A stretch of DNA of 63,902 nt, counting the filler, from Octopus bimaculoides (Eukaryota), in assembly GCF_001194135.2 (NCBI RefSeq). It is 4 parts of 4 records of this genome, joined end to end, with 100 filler letters (N's around TTAATTAATTAA, not from the genome) between each part and the next. Parts side by side here need not be neighbours in the genome. Positions count along the whole stretch, not along the records: positions 1 to 25,191 come from NC_068995.1; 3 more parts are not named here. The stretch is one strand, 5' to 3'. Every line of letters begins with the position of its first letter. The stretch's first letter is position 1. Below, one piece after another: positions 11,887-23,803 of the stretch. The notes beneath the pieces were generated by a model. The model did no database searches. It had not been told where the DNA came from and was given only the letters and a program-made list of their open reading frames with translations. The translations under genes and the position numbers were made by a program.

Positions 11887-12055
11887 CAGGGCTGGCCAAC
11901 CTGAGGCCCATAGGTCGCATACAGCTCACAGACTTTTATTTTATGTTGCAGCCCACTTGATACTTTCTTGAAGTATTGTGCTTAATTTCAAAATAGAAAT
12001 CTTTGTGTAAAACATTTGTTTCAAAATAAATTTATAAGAGGATAGCTGCCACAAG
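11887..12055 (+). mobile_element. hAT-type DNA transposon terminal fragment
   Basis: Begins CAGGGCTGGCCAACCTGAGGCCC, typical of hAT/Charlie-like ends; no matching right TIR found. Confidence 0.55.
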
Positions 12056-12832
12056 TTATGCCTTGTTAATTTCGGGTGACACTCTCCCTATCCTCACTCT
12101 GGCCACACGTCTGCCACAGTAAGTAGGTAACAGTGCCCACTGCGCTGATTTCAAGGCTACGGTGGAGTATTTCTTTACTTCATTCTCATTAACAAAGCAT
12201 ACCTTCACCGTGCCGAACTTTCGTCCTCTGGTGTAGAACGTAGTTATTTCTTCTATTTCCTTTAAGCATTCCTCTATCGCTTCTACGGCTGCTATCTCCA
12301 CCTTCTTTGTCGTTATATTCAACGTTCTATACATAATAATTTTTCTTTCTGTATTCTCCGTCACTTCTTTTGAGGGTATCAACCTTAGGCATCCTCCTTC
12401 CTTCTTCAACAAGGTATTAAACTTCTTGAAGTCTCTGTCCTTTACTTCCAATTCACGTATCTGCAGTAGCTCAGTTGTCAGGCTTTTGCCCATCACTGCA
12501 GTATAACTGCCTGTTTAAACCTGCGTATTCATAATTACGTTGTTCACCGCTTCATCCATAATTGGGGAAGCCAAATAAAATTTTTCAACAAATTCAAAAA
12601 TCACAAATTCAAACAATCACAATATTCAACAATTCAGTAATTCAACAATTCCGTAATTCAAATTAACAAAGCAATAACTCACATGTGAGCGAAATCATGA
12701 CGCAACAAATGACGTACTTCACCAGACTACCAAAACGTTCTCTCCAACTACTACTGACCACTTCTCTTTATAAGAGTTCTGCTAGTCCATTCTTCCAATC
12801 TGCCAGGGGTGTCAATGACTCTCACCACAACA
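12056..12832 (-). mobile_element. LTR-derived head + T-rich leader + truncated LINE-type ORF1
   Basis: 12832-12711 is about 86% identical (105/122) to 17364-17243. ORF 12496-12056 (KIIMYRTLNITTKKVEIAAVEAIEECL...LLPTYCGRRVARV) is homologous to the ORF1 upstream of APE-RT at 7.0 kb. Confidence 0.8.
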
Positions 12833-13046
12833 TCTCCCCCTTTCAGATTGACTTCTTTGAAAGTTGATATTATTATATTTATTATTATTTATTTTTATTT
12901 CATCACATCTCCCTTTTTGTGATTTTCTTCCAAGGGAAGTTTAATATTTCTTCCATTTAGGTAGTACTTCCAACTGTTCTGTTTGTTTCCTCTTTCTTGT
13001 ACTGCTACCACTAGGTTTGATTTCTTGTGACATTCTTTTCTATTCT

Positions 13047-13210
13047 AGGCACAAGGCCCAAAATTTTTTTGGGGGGGGCAGTCGATTAGACTGACCCCAG
13101 TACGCAACTGGTACTTAATTTATCGACCCCGAAAGGATGAAAGGCAAAGCTGACCTCGGTGAAATTTGAACTCAACGTAAAGACAGATGAAATACTGCTA
13201 AGCATTTTGC
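13047..13210 (-). mobile_element. 5'-truncated tRNA-derived SINE inserted in the Gypsy integrase tail
   Basis: GACCCCGAAAGGATGAAAGGCAAAG core and GAGTTCAAAT B-box on the minus strand; CTATTCT flanking duplication at 13040-46 and 13211-17. Confidence 0.85.
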
Positions 13211-13284
13211 CTATTCTTCCCAGCCTTGTCTTCCATTTTCATTATATTTTGAAAAATACCTTGTCACCAATATAAAAATCTTTG

Positions 13285-13570
13285 AAGTAGTTGTATGCTG
13301 TCAACTTAATGTGATAGTCCCCTGAAGGGAGTAATACTACTGTTGGTTAGACCTAGAAAGCTGCACCGCTTCCTGTCGATCTTGACACATTTCCTGTGTC
13401 CTTATGTTTCAAGGCCGACAGAAAGCGATGCAGCTTCCTAGGTCTATCCAACAGTAGTATTATTCCCTTTAGGGGACTGTCACATTAAGTTGACAGCATA
13501 CAACTACTTCATCGTATCACTACTGCATAAATCTCTCTGAGAGATTTAGAAAAGTATTATTTCTAAAAAA
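13285..13570 (+). mobile_element. Unclassified hairpin-forming insertion with 13-bp TSD
   Basis: TSD ATAAAAATCTTTG at 13272-84 and 13571-83; inverted arms 13283-13390 and 13404-13511 (98/108 identical, no indels); second hairpin at 13528-48; A-rich end. Confidence 0.85.
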
Positions 13571-16500
13571 ATAAAAATCTTTGTTGTATTTTTAGTGTTT
13601 TCCCTATTTGTTTTTCTTACTGGTAGCAACTTGTTGAAAATTGACTTTATTTTTCAAGCAAACATTAATTCCGCAGACAACTTGCCTGAAAAAACGTTTG
13701 GGTTTGGCGTTATCCTATAAACTCTCAAGAATTGCATCAGTGCTGCATCATCAACTAGCACGTTTCTTGATTTCTTTAATGCTCTTTTAAAGGTATCTAT
13801 GAACCTTTCTGCTTGCCCATTAGATCTTGAGGGATATGGAGGAGTAGTAATATGTTCAATTGAGTAAATCTTGCAAAAATTCTTAAATTCATTTGCTGTG
13901 AATTGTGTACCGTTAGCTGAGACTATGGTATCTGGGACAGCATACCTAGCAAAAAGTTCGTGTAGAAATTCAATCGTTACTGTGGATGTCAGTTTGCTAC
14001 ATTTACACATTTCTGGCCATTTTGTATAGCTTCTACCACTATTAGATAACATGATCAGTTTAATGCTCCTGCAAAGTCTATGTGTATTCTGGACCATTGA
14101 ATATCAGTTTTGGGCCAAGGTTGAAATTTTATAGGTGGTGACTTCACTGCAAGAGCATACCCTCTGCAGGATTTTACCAACTTCTCGATATCTAGATCCA
14201 TTTTTGGCCAGTAAACATAACTCCTCATAAGCAACTTCATTCTAGAAATTCCTGGATGTCCAGTGTGGAATTCCTTTAACATTCAACCTTGTAGTGGGGT
14301 AGGCATTAAGACCCTCTGTGCATATATAAGCACATTATCACATATCAAATACAAATTCAAAACTGTGTTATGTCCAGCCACACATATTTTTTTCTTAGCT
14401 TCTTCTGATCTCACTATTTTTTTCATTTTATGATAAACTCATCTGTATCTACCTTAATTTTCATTTCCTCCAATGTCACAAGCAACTCATGCACAACATT
14501 GCACAATATATTTTTTATTTCATTTTCAGCTTATAATACCACTATCATTGTGCCTTCTAGTGGTTCACTGTATTTTGGTATTAACCTTGATTAACCATCT
14601 GCATGTACCAATTTTTTTTATGGCAAATACTCCATCTTAAAGTCGTAATTTAGTAGGATCGTTCCCCAGCACTGCAATATGTTGAGTGTATGAGTGGGGA
14701 TACACTTTTTTGATCCATAGATCGACAATAATGAGCAGTGATCGGTCTGCAGATGGAACCTTTTTCTATGTGTAAATTTATGGAATGTTTTTACCGCAAA
14801 TATGATGGCTAATGCCTCTTTTTCTATTTGACTGTAGCTTTTCTCAGCCAGCAATAATGAACGCGAAGCATGAGCTACTGCTTTCAGGTTACCATCTTCA
14901 TATTTGTGTAAAATCACAGTTCCAATATCACTTTCACTAGCATCTGCTGCCACTACTATTTCTAAATTCAGGTCAAAATGTTATAATGACAATTCCAGCA
15001 TGAAGATGTTTTTAATTTCTTCAAAAGCTTTTTGGCATTTATCTGACCAGTTCCACTTAACATCTTTTTTTAACAAGTTATTCAGGGGTGCTCTTAAATT
15101 ATGCATATTTAGTATGTATATCTGGTAGTAATTTGCAAGCCCCTAAAATGCTTGTAATGTTGAAATGCTTGTTGGGGGAGGCATATTTTTTATTGCACTT
15201 GCCCTAGACAGGTCTGGTCTGCATCCATTTTCATCAATGATCTGCCCTAGATATTTTATTCTTGGCAAAAACAATTAACACTTTTCCTAGCTGAGCATAA
15301 AACCATACTCTTTTATTCTTTCAAAGACCTTTTTAACATGCTCAGCATGCTGACTTTGAGATCCACTTTTTATGAGTATTATCATCAAGGTAAGCTACAG
15401 TGAAATCCAAACCTGTGAGTGTAATGTCCAAAATTTGATGGAAAATGCCAGGTGCTACCTTTATACCAAAGAGGAGTCGATTAAATTTATACAACCCTTT
15501 ATGGGTATTTATTGTTAATAATTTTGAACATTCCTCATTGACTTTTACCTGCAAATATGCTTTAGATAGGTCGAACTTTGAAAAAAATTTTCCTCCATTC
15601 AACTTCATGAAAATTAGCTCCAGACTTGGTAATGGGTAATTATATTGCATCAAACATTCATTTATTCCCATTAAGAAATCAGTGCATACTCAGATTTTAT
15701 TATTTTTTTTCCTTGACATAAACTGTAGGGGACACCCATTTTCAGCAATCAATTTTGTCGATAAAACCAGTCTTTTTAAGTCTATCTAATTTTTAATTGA
15801 CTTGTTTCAATGTTGTGAAAGGTACTGTACTTTTTGGTTTAAATACCGGTATAGCATTTTCTTTCACTTGAAACTTTGCTTCTGTTTTGGTGCAATGACC
15901 CAATTCCTCAGAAAACCTTCAGGAAAAAATTTTTAAAATTCTTTTATTAAATTCTCTGATGCTTTATTTCTACAGGTGAAAGAACCATTTACATTCTTAC
16001 AAAAAATATTTATGGGTAAGTCCCATAAGTTAAAAAGTTCCATTCAATCTGTTCCAAATAAATTTGTTGTATTTTTTGATACAAAAACTTAGGCTGTCAA
16101 AGTTTTTCCACAAAATGTAATATCACTTATCATTTTGCCCATAAAGTGCAATTTTTTTCCTCAAACACCTCGCACAATTTTTGAAGTTTCCTTTAGTCTA
16201 GGTTTCCCTATTTTTCTCCATGTATCTGTATTAATTATTGTGATATCACAGCCCATATCCAATTGTAACTCGATATTCACATTATGAGCCTTGCTTAGAA
16301 TTTTTTTAGCAATACATTTTTTCTAGATTTTTTTTATTTTTTTACCCTTTTTTTTGTTTCGCTATACAACGTGAGCTTTTATGTCTGAATTTTCCACACT
16401 CAAAACATTTACAATTTTTTAAAGGACAATTACTTTTAAAATGTAAACCTCCGCAACTGTGGCACAGATTTCAGCCACTGTCTGTAGAGTTAATTTTCAG

Positions 16501-17740
16501 TCCTGTTCTAATTTTGTCAATATATGGGAATGTATATCAGCATCTTTTCTTGCTGTTAACCCTTGAACAAAAATTAGATATTGAACAAATCCAGGGTTAA
16601 TTCATTTAATTTGAATTTTTCACACTCTCTGTTAACAACCCCAGCATAGGTGATGAAATCTTCATCATCTTTTCTGACTAAATTTAAATATTGCCAATGA
16701 GTATTGAACAGGAAACTTCTTTCACTGAAAATTCTCAATAACAAATTAACTGTTTCATCGAAACAAATCTCACCTGGCTTCTTTGGCAGAATATAGTTAC
16801 AGTATTTTTTGTTTGCAGCAGGAGATAACTTTCTTAAAAGTAGTCGCACCATCTTCTTGTCATTCCAATTTTTACATTCTTCTTTGAAGATTTCTTAGTA
16901 TCTTCTAAAATATGAAGAAAAACTAGTACCTTCTTCTAGGTTATAAATAAATTCTCCAATTGAATTTGCTATGCTGTCTGATGAAAATGAACCTGAAGTA
17001 TTTTCAGATTTTTTCAACATTACTTCCAGTAACTGTTGTCTTTGTTGTTGTTGCTGTTGTAGTTGTAGTTGTAACTGCTGTTGTTGCTGTTGCAATTGTA
17101 CCACATGCGCCAACAAATTTTCCATGTAAAATAATTTTTTCTTTAGTTTCATACCAAAAACAAATTTAAATATCTTACACAAGCTTCGAATATCTCATTG
17201 CCACTTTTATATCCTGCCACAGGTTAATCAATGTGTTCACACGATGTACTTCATGAGACTACCAAAACGCTCTCTCTGACTACTACCGAACACTACTCGT
17301 TATAAATGTTCAGTTAGTCCATTCTTCCAATCTGTCAGGGGTGTCAATGACTCTTGCCACAACATAGAGACCATTCAAACACAGGTTTTGTGTTTGAGGG
17401 CCACTTTTTAGCTCCGCAAAATAGACATATTGTGGATATGCAGCCTATTTGAACGTCAGGGTGATTACTGTAGTCAATTGTAGGATTGTAGTTGAATGCT
17501 GTCATTGACCAATGAGAGGAGCATGGCCTTGAATAGGAACATCGTACAGCCCTTGGGGAAGAGTTTTGAAGTGGCTAGTTTAAGTTGGAATAATTATACA
17601 AAAAAGAAGCAAATCGTAACTCACAAATGAATACTGTTGGCAGTACTGTGCAAGCAGTCAATAAGAGCTCGCCACAACTGACAAATTAAAGTATTGATTT
17701 TTTCCAGTTGGGTGTGTGTCACATTTTTTCGCTGGCTCAA

Positions 17741-18170
17741 GCGAAATCCTAGGTGAATTGAGAGGAGTCTATTTATGTTGGGGGCAGAGAATTTCAAGGA
17801 ATAAATTATAAGGAAAAGCTCTTAAGTCAAAGAGAGCACACATGTCAAATTTGGTGAAATTCGGTTGAAAATTGTAGTAGAAGTGATTCACACAATACAC
17901 ATACAGACAGACAGACAACTTGCCTTTTAATATATAAGATCAAATGCATACCGTTGCATAGATGTGGTGGGTTCAAATCCTTGGGAAATTCAGAGTAGTC
18001 TATTTATGTTGGGGGTGTGGAATTTCGAGGAAAAAATTATTAGAAAAAGCGTCCTATGTCAAGAGAGCAGACATGTCAAATTTGGTGAAATTCGGTTGAA
18101 AATTGTAGGAGTAGAAGTGGTTCAGACAACACACACGCAGACAACTTGCCTTTTAATATATAAGATAGAT
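17741..18170 (+). mobile_element. Two tandem Helitron/Helentron-like 3' termini
   Basis: Near-identical blocks (17741-17940 and about 17975-18170) containing CATGTCAAATTTGGTGAAATTCGGTTGAAAATTGTAG, a (GACA)/(CA) microsatellite and ending TTTTAATATATAAGAT. Class assignment is by resemblance only. Confidence 0.55.
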
Positions 18171-18174
18171 TGTT

Positions 18175-18470
18175 TATGCCATATACACTGATACATAAGG
18201 AATTATGACCTACATGTAATATTATTTTAAAAACATTACTAAGGATTCTGTATGATCTGATAGAGATGGAACTGTTCCAGTTTTCAAATATACTGGTGGT
18301 ACAAAGATTATATATCACAACCATAGAGTAAGGTTGAAACACCCATGGCTTGATACACCATGAGCTTGGCTTTTAGTTTCAAGTTCTTGTTTCCAAAGAC
18401 ATGCTGAAATAGTTTTCTAAAAGCAATATGAGCAGCTTGAATCTTATTCTCAACATCTTTTTCAGAATTA
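18175..18470 (-). mobile_element. RTE-clade RT C-terminal fragment
   Basis: KDVENKIQAAHIAFRKL...KLMVYQAMGVSTLLYGC, homologous to 35550-35700. Confidence 0.8.
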
Positions 18471-18532
18471 TATATATATATATATAATTCTGAAAAAGAT
18501 GTTNNNNNNNNNNNNNNNNNNNNNNNNNNNNN

Positions 18533-19389
18533 AGTCTGGGGTTGTTTCACTTTCCTGGAGGCTTTCTGGCAAATTCTCACTTATTAGAAAGTGAAACAAC
18601 TCACGTTATAAGACAAAATCAGTGAAGTTTGGGAGTAAGAGTCTAATGCTTTGGGGATACATAAAAAGTGATGGTTCAAGAAAATTGGTTAAAATTGATG
18701 GTAACAAGTACATCCAGTTTCTGAAGGAGAATTTGATACCAGACTTGGATGAAGGTGAGATTTTTCTGCATGACAGAGCTCCATGCCACAGGTCATGTGC
18801 AACACAACAGAGTCTGGCTGATGAAGGTGTTACCATATTGAAAGATTGGCCAGCTCAGAGCCCTGACTTAAAATATCATTGAGCAAATGTGGACAGAACT
18901 GAAGAGAAGAGTTCATCAGAAGAATCCATGCAATCTTGAAGGGTTGTGGGAACTCAGCCACAGAGAATGGCATCTCATATCTGTGAAGATGGTAAAGGAT
19001 TTGTATGCATCTCTTCCCAGGACATTGAAGCAATTATTCAATATAAGGGAAGCCACATGAAATATTAACAATATGCACTAAGTTCTTGAAATGAATATGA
19101 TGTAATAAATTTTCATTATAGACATTTTTTTGTTTTAAAACACTGTCTTGATTGGTTTATGTGAGGTAGCTGAAAACTTTTGCACAGCCGTTTGTGGTGG
19201 TTATTTCACATTTTCCCTTCTCATTCAGAACCCCTACTACAAAATATAATGATTAGGTATGGAAATGACTCCAACAGGACCAATGTTTCTTCTGTAAAAA
19301 ACGCAATGTGAAACATCCACTTATAAGTTGGCAATTAGTAGAAATTTTCAATAGTTTAAAGTGGCCGTAGACTTTTGCACAGTACTGTA
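18533..19389 (+). mobile_element. Tc1-like transposon right half (DDE domain + right TIR)
   Basis: VKFGSKSLMLWG...FLHDRAPCH...WPAQSPDL; terminal ACTTTTGCACAGTACTG|TA (19371-19389) with an inner direct repeat AACTTTTGCACAG at 19175-87. Confidence 0.88.
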
Positions 19390-19437
19390 CATCCTAATGT
19401 AACTGATTCAACAGAGACAAATGTGGAATATATTTAA

Positions 19438-19657
19438 CCCTTTCATTACCAACCCGGCTGAAACTGGCTCTGGCTCTGAGTACAAATGTCTTCTTTTCAT
19501 AAGTTTTGAATTAAAATCTTCCACCAAACCTTAGTCATAATTTATGTTCCTAACACTAGCTGAATGATAACTAAGTTATTTTACTAAATTCTTTGTTATA
19601 TTTAAAGTAATTGAAAGAAACACAGAACATCTCAAAATAAATACAGTAACAAAAGGG
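19438..19657. mobile_element. piggyBac-type MITE
   Basis: TTAA|CCCTTTCATTAC ... GTAACAAAAGGG|TTAA; 220 bp, no ORF. Confidence 0.88.
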
Positions 19658-19984
19658 TTAACTTAGGGACATTTTGAAACCACAGTTTGTAAAAGAAATT
19701 CTATTTTTTCTAAGGGGTTATTGAGCAACAGGTCATTCTTGTAAAGATTAAGTAAAGAACTAACAGCTCTCATGTTGAAAGTTATCAATGATATTGTTGG
19801 AGAACATGGAATTATATGATGCTAATTACTGTAAAGAACACCTAAGAGAACACATGCAAATGAAGTAACTAAATGGATACAACTAAATTGGAAAACAAGA
19901 TTTGAAGAAAACATCAAACATTAGCAATCTGCGCTGCCATACCAGAAGGTTAACCACAATACTAAAATGTAAGGGAAATAACAA

Positions 19985-22900
19985 GGTTGGTCTATAGCAC
20001 CTGCAAACCTCCGGCCATTTAGTACAGCCATCTACTACAATTAAGTGGTAAGCACCATTTACCAGTCCAGCATAGTCAATGTGTAACCTAGACCATGAGT
20101 TCTCCATCTCTGGTCACGATTGATATTTTACTGGTGGGGCTTTGGCTGTGAGTGCGTAACCTTGGCACATTCTCACCTATTTTTTGATATCTTGGTCCAT
20201 AGACAGCCAATAGACATAACTCCTCATCAGAGCTTTCACCCTTGCCATTCCTGGATGTCTGCTGTGAAATTGTTGTAATGTAGTTGGAACCACCACTTTT
20301 TGGGCATACATCAGAATATCGTCACAAATTGAAAAATTACTGGCATCTGAGTTTTTATTCTGTTTATTTTTAAAACTTCTTTTATTTTCGTAATATACTC
20401 ATCACCTACAGCTTTTATTCTTATATCCTGTGCCGTCACTGGTAGTTCTTGGATAACATTCATCATAACACTTTTAATTTCACTTTCTGCTTTCAGTACA
20501 GCTATAACAGTCTTTTCTAGTGGTTCCATATTTTTTGGAATTTATCTTGAAAGACAGTCTGCATGATTGATTTTTTTCAATAAAATGTATTGCATTTTGA
20601 AATTATAATTTATTAATATTACACCCCAATATTGCAGGCGGCTTGCAGTATGAGTCAGTAACCTTTTTTTAACCCATAAATCAACAGCAAAGGTCTATGG
20701 TCTGTTTGCAATTAAAAACTTCTGCCATGCAGAAACCTGTGAAATTTTTTAACTGTAAAAATAATTGCTAGGGCCTCCTTTTCAATTTGACTATATCTCT
20801 TCTCTGCTGCTATTAGTGAGTGCAAAACATGAACCACTGGTTTTGTACTTCCGTTTTTGTATTTATGAAATAGAACTGCACCTAATCCATGCTCAGAAGC
20901 ATCAGATGTTACACTGATGTCCATTTCGGGATCATAATATGCTAAAGACAAGTCTGAGATTAGAATTTTTTTATTTCTTCAAAAGTGTTCTGGTATTTAG
21001 TGGACCAATTCCACTTTACTCCGTTTTTTAATAAGTCATTCAATGTGTTGTTAACTTGTGCATATTAGGAATGTAGCTCTGATAATAGATTGCCAACCCA
21101 AGAAATGCTCGTAAAGTTGGAATATTTGTTGGTGCAGGCATATTCCTTATTACATCTGCTCTTGACAGGTCAGGATGTCTATCACTTTTACCAATTATTT
21201 GCCCTAAGTACTTAATTTGGGGTAGAAAGAATTTGCATTTTTCTTCACTCAAAGTGAACCCAAAAACTTTAATTTTCTTAAACACAGCTTTTATGTATTC
21301 CACATGCTGTTCACAAGTATTACTCTTGATCAAAATATCATCCAAGTACAGGATTGCAAATTCACAATTGGATAACATAGTAACCATGATTTGTTGGAAT
21401 ATTGCTGGTTCAACTTTTAATCCGAAAGGTAATTGTGTGTATCTGTATAATCCTAAGTGTGTATTTATTGTCAAATACTTTGAGGATTCTTTATTTACTT
21501 TTATCTGTAAATAGGCTTCAGACAGATCTAATTTGGAAAAAATTTTTCCACCATTTAACTTTAAAAAAATGTTCTCTGCAGTTGGGAGTGGATGGTGGTA
21601 TGTTTTTAAGTAGTCATTCAATCCTGTAGAGAAATCAGTACACAGCCTAATCTTATTTTTTTTAATACATACCGTGGGAGCCACCCACTTCAAGTAATCT
21701 ACCTTTTTGATGACTCCACTCTTTTCGAGTCTGTTCAACTCTTCATTTACGGTCTCAATTGCCATGAACAATACTTTTCTGTTTACTTCAGTGTTTTCAT
21801 TTACTTGGAAATAGGCTTCCATCTTTCTACATAGACCTAAATCCCCTGATAATGCTTGTGGAAACATTTAAAAAAATTTTTTCTTCAGTTCTTCCGAAGA
21901 CTTGTTTTTAACAAGACAATCATTTATGTTATTGCAGTAAAGATTTATGGGGAGGTACCATAAATTGAATATTTCTAACCAATCTGTGCCAAACAGATGG
22001 ATTGTATTATCCACAATGAATAATTTTGCTTTGTGTGTCTCCCCTCGAAATGTGATGTCGATATATGTTTTGCCATGAAATGTAATTTATTGCCTGTTAC
22101 ACCACACACTACTTTTGTTGTTTTACGTAATCTCGGTTTACCAATTTTTTTCCAAGTATCCACATTTATGATCAAGATGTCAACACCTGTGTCTAACTGT
22201 AATTTGGTATTCACATCATTTATTCCTATGTGCACGAATTTTCTTGTTTTTCTGTCACAATCACTCTCCACTGAAAACACATAAGACCTTTTTGTGTTTG
22301 AGCCTCATAGTTGTGTTCAACAATGAGAATTCCTGTGTCCCAGCTTCTGACAATTATAGCACTTTTGTTTTTAAATGGAAAATCCTTTTTGTAGTGTTGG
22401 CCTCCACAACCATAACATGGATTAGGGCTTGACATATTTTTTTGATTGTATTTCCTGGGACGGCACATTTGAATTTTTGCAGAGTCTTTATCTTGTATTT
22501 TTCTCACATCATATTTAAGATTTATAATAGACTGACATTTTTCTGCAATGGTCTGTAGAGATAAATCCTGGTTCACTTGCTCCATTTTCAAGTGAACCCT
22601 TGCCTGAATTTCTCTATCTTCAGGTGCTATAAGTCTTTGCACGAAGATAAGTGATTTGAACATATCCACAGCGAGAAGCTGGAGTTTGAAATTTTCGCAC
22701 ATATGGTTGACTACTTTGACGTAGTGATAAAGTCCTCCTCCTCATTCTTTGTTAAGTTCCAGCTTTCCATTCAGGTGTTGAATAATGAACTTCTATCAGG
22801 AAAAATTTTTGAAAGCAGTTCCATGGTTTCTTGGAAACCAATCTCACTCGAGTTTTTGAATAAAGTTACAGTAATGCTTTTGGCAGGAGCTACCTTGCAT

Positions 22901-23443
22901 AGTAAAAACTTTACTTTCTGCTCCTCCAATCATGACTTGCACTCGTTAAAAATTTCCTCGTATCTTCTATAATATGCGGGAAACCTAATACTTTCCTCCG
23001 AATTACTGGATTTTTGGACTTCACCGACTGTAACTCAAATAATTGTTGTTGTTGTAGTATTTGTTTTTGCAACTCCTGTAGTTGTTCATGTTGCTTCTCT
23101 TGAAGCTGTACTACTGTGGTTAATAGGTTTTCTATGACACAGAAATTGTCAAATAACCAATGTGAGTTTCAAACGATCATCGTTACCAGATGTTATATCC
23201 TTATGAATAAACAAATACACTGCAACAGTGTGATAATAATATAATCGAAACAAACAGCAGTAACCACACATAATGTAATAACAAACTTTTAAGAACCAAC
23301 AATCCAACACGCTAATTCAAACTGTAAACTTTAGGACTAGTATGAACTACCTCACTTACTCAGATCACTACTATTTATATGTAGTGGTCCTCTCAAAAGC
23401 TATACTTCACAGAGCCACTCTCACTCCATCTGATGATATCACA
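19985..23443 (-). mobile_element. Ty3/Gypsy LTR retrotransposon 2, truncated in integrase
   Basis: LTR 23443-23191 (TGTGATATC...GATATAACA, TATAAATA), PBS-like TGGTAACGATG, Q-rich Gag, protease QLDTGVDI, RT DLSEAYLQ and YLDD, RNase H DASEHGLG, integrase WSRLHIDYAG. No 3' LTR. Confidence 0.92.
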
Positions 23444-23563
23444 AGACACTATATTGAGTAGAGGCATAATTGCCAATGATTTTAAGGGAAGATACACACA
23501 GTACATGCACTCTTTCAGGTGTAGGAATACACATATCATCAATGTTCAGAGATAGATTGTGAG

Positions 23564-23803
23564 CAGTGGGGGATCCAGGATTTTATTTTTGGGGGTGTTG
23601 CCCAAAAGTTTTGAAAAATATACTATATAAGGTGGGAATCACAATTCATAACAAATAGACACATTTTTATGTATTCTAACATTGTTGTAGCAGTCCATAT
23701 GCATATGAAACAGTAATGCTGTAAAACTGCTAGAAATAAAATGCCAATGTTATATTTGGTGTCAGCTCAGGTAATTAGAGCAACACCCCTGCATCCCCCA
23801 CTG
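23564..23803. mobile_element. MITE with 16-bp TIRs and 5-bp TSD
   Basis: CAGTGGGGGATCCAGG ... CCTGCATCCCCCACTG (15/16 match); GTGAG at 23559-63 and 23804-08. Confidence 0.8.

Larger units (their letters stand above)
12833..17364 (-). mobile_element. Ty3/Gypsy LTR retrotransposon 1 (degenerate gag-pro-RT-RNaseH-integrase)
   Basis: 5' LTR 17364-17205, PBS-like TGGCAATGAG (17203-17194), poly-Q Gag, RT DLSKAYLQ and YLDD (about 15570-15380), RNase H DASESDIG, integrase HPGISRMK and SNGQAERF, PPTs at 12918-12908 and 12843-12833. Confidence 0.92.

Noticed and set aside
18452-18503. Perfect palindrome centred on (TA)n
   Set aside because: It ends exactly at a gap and copies adjacent RTE sequence; most likely a fold-back read or assembly artefact.
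5980-19389. Tc1 N-terminal half (6.0-6.4 kb) and C-terminal half (18.5-19.4 kb) as one element split by a 12-kb nest
   Set aside because: The left end (CAGTGCGTGTCTAATC) and right end (CAGTACTGTGCAAAAG) are not inverted copies, so they belong to different families.
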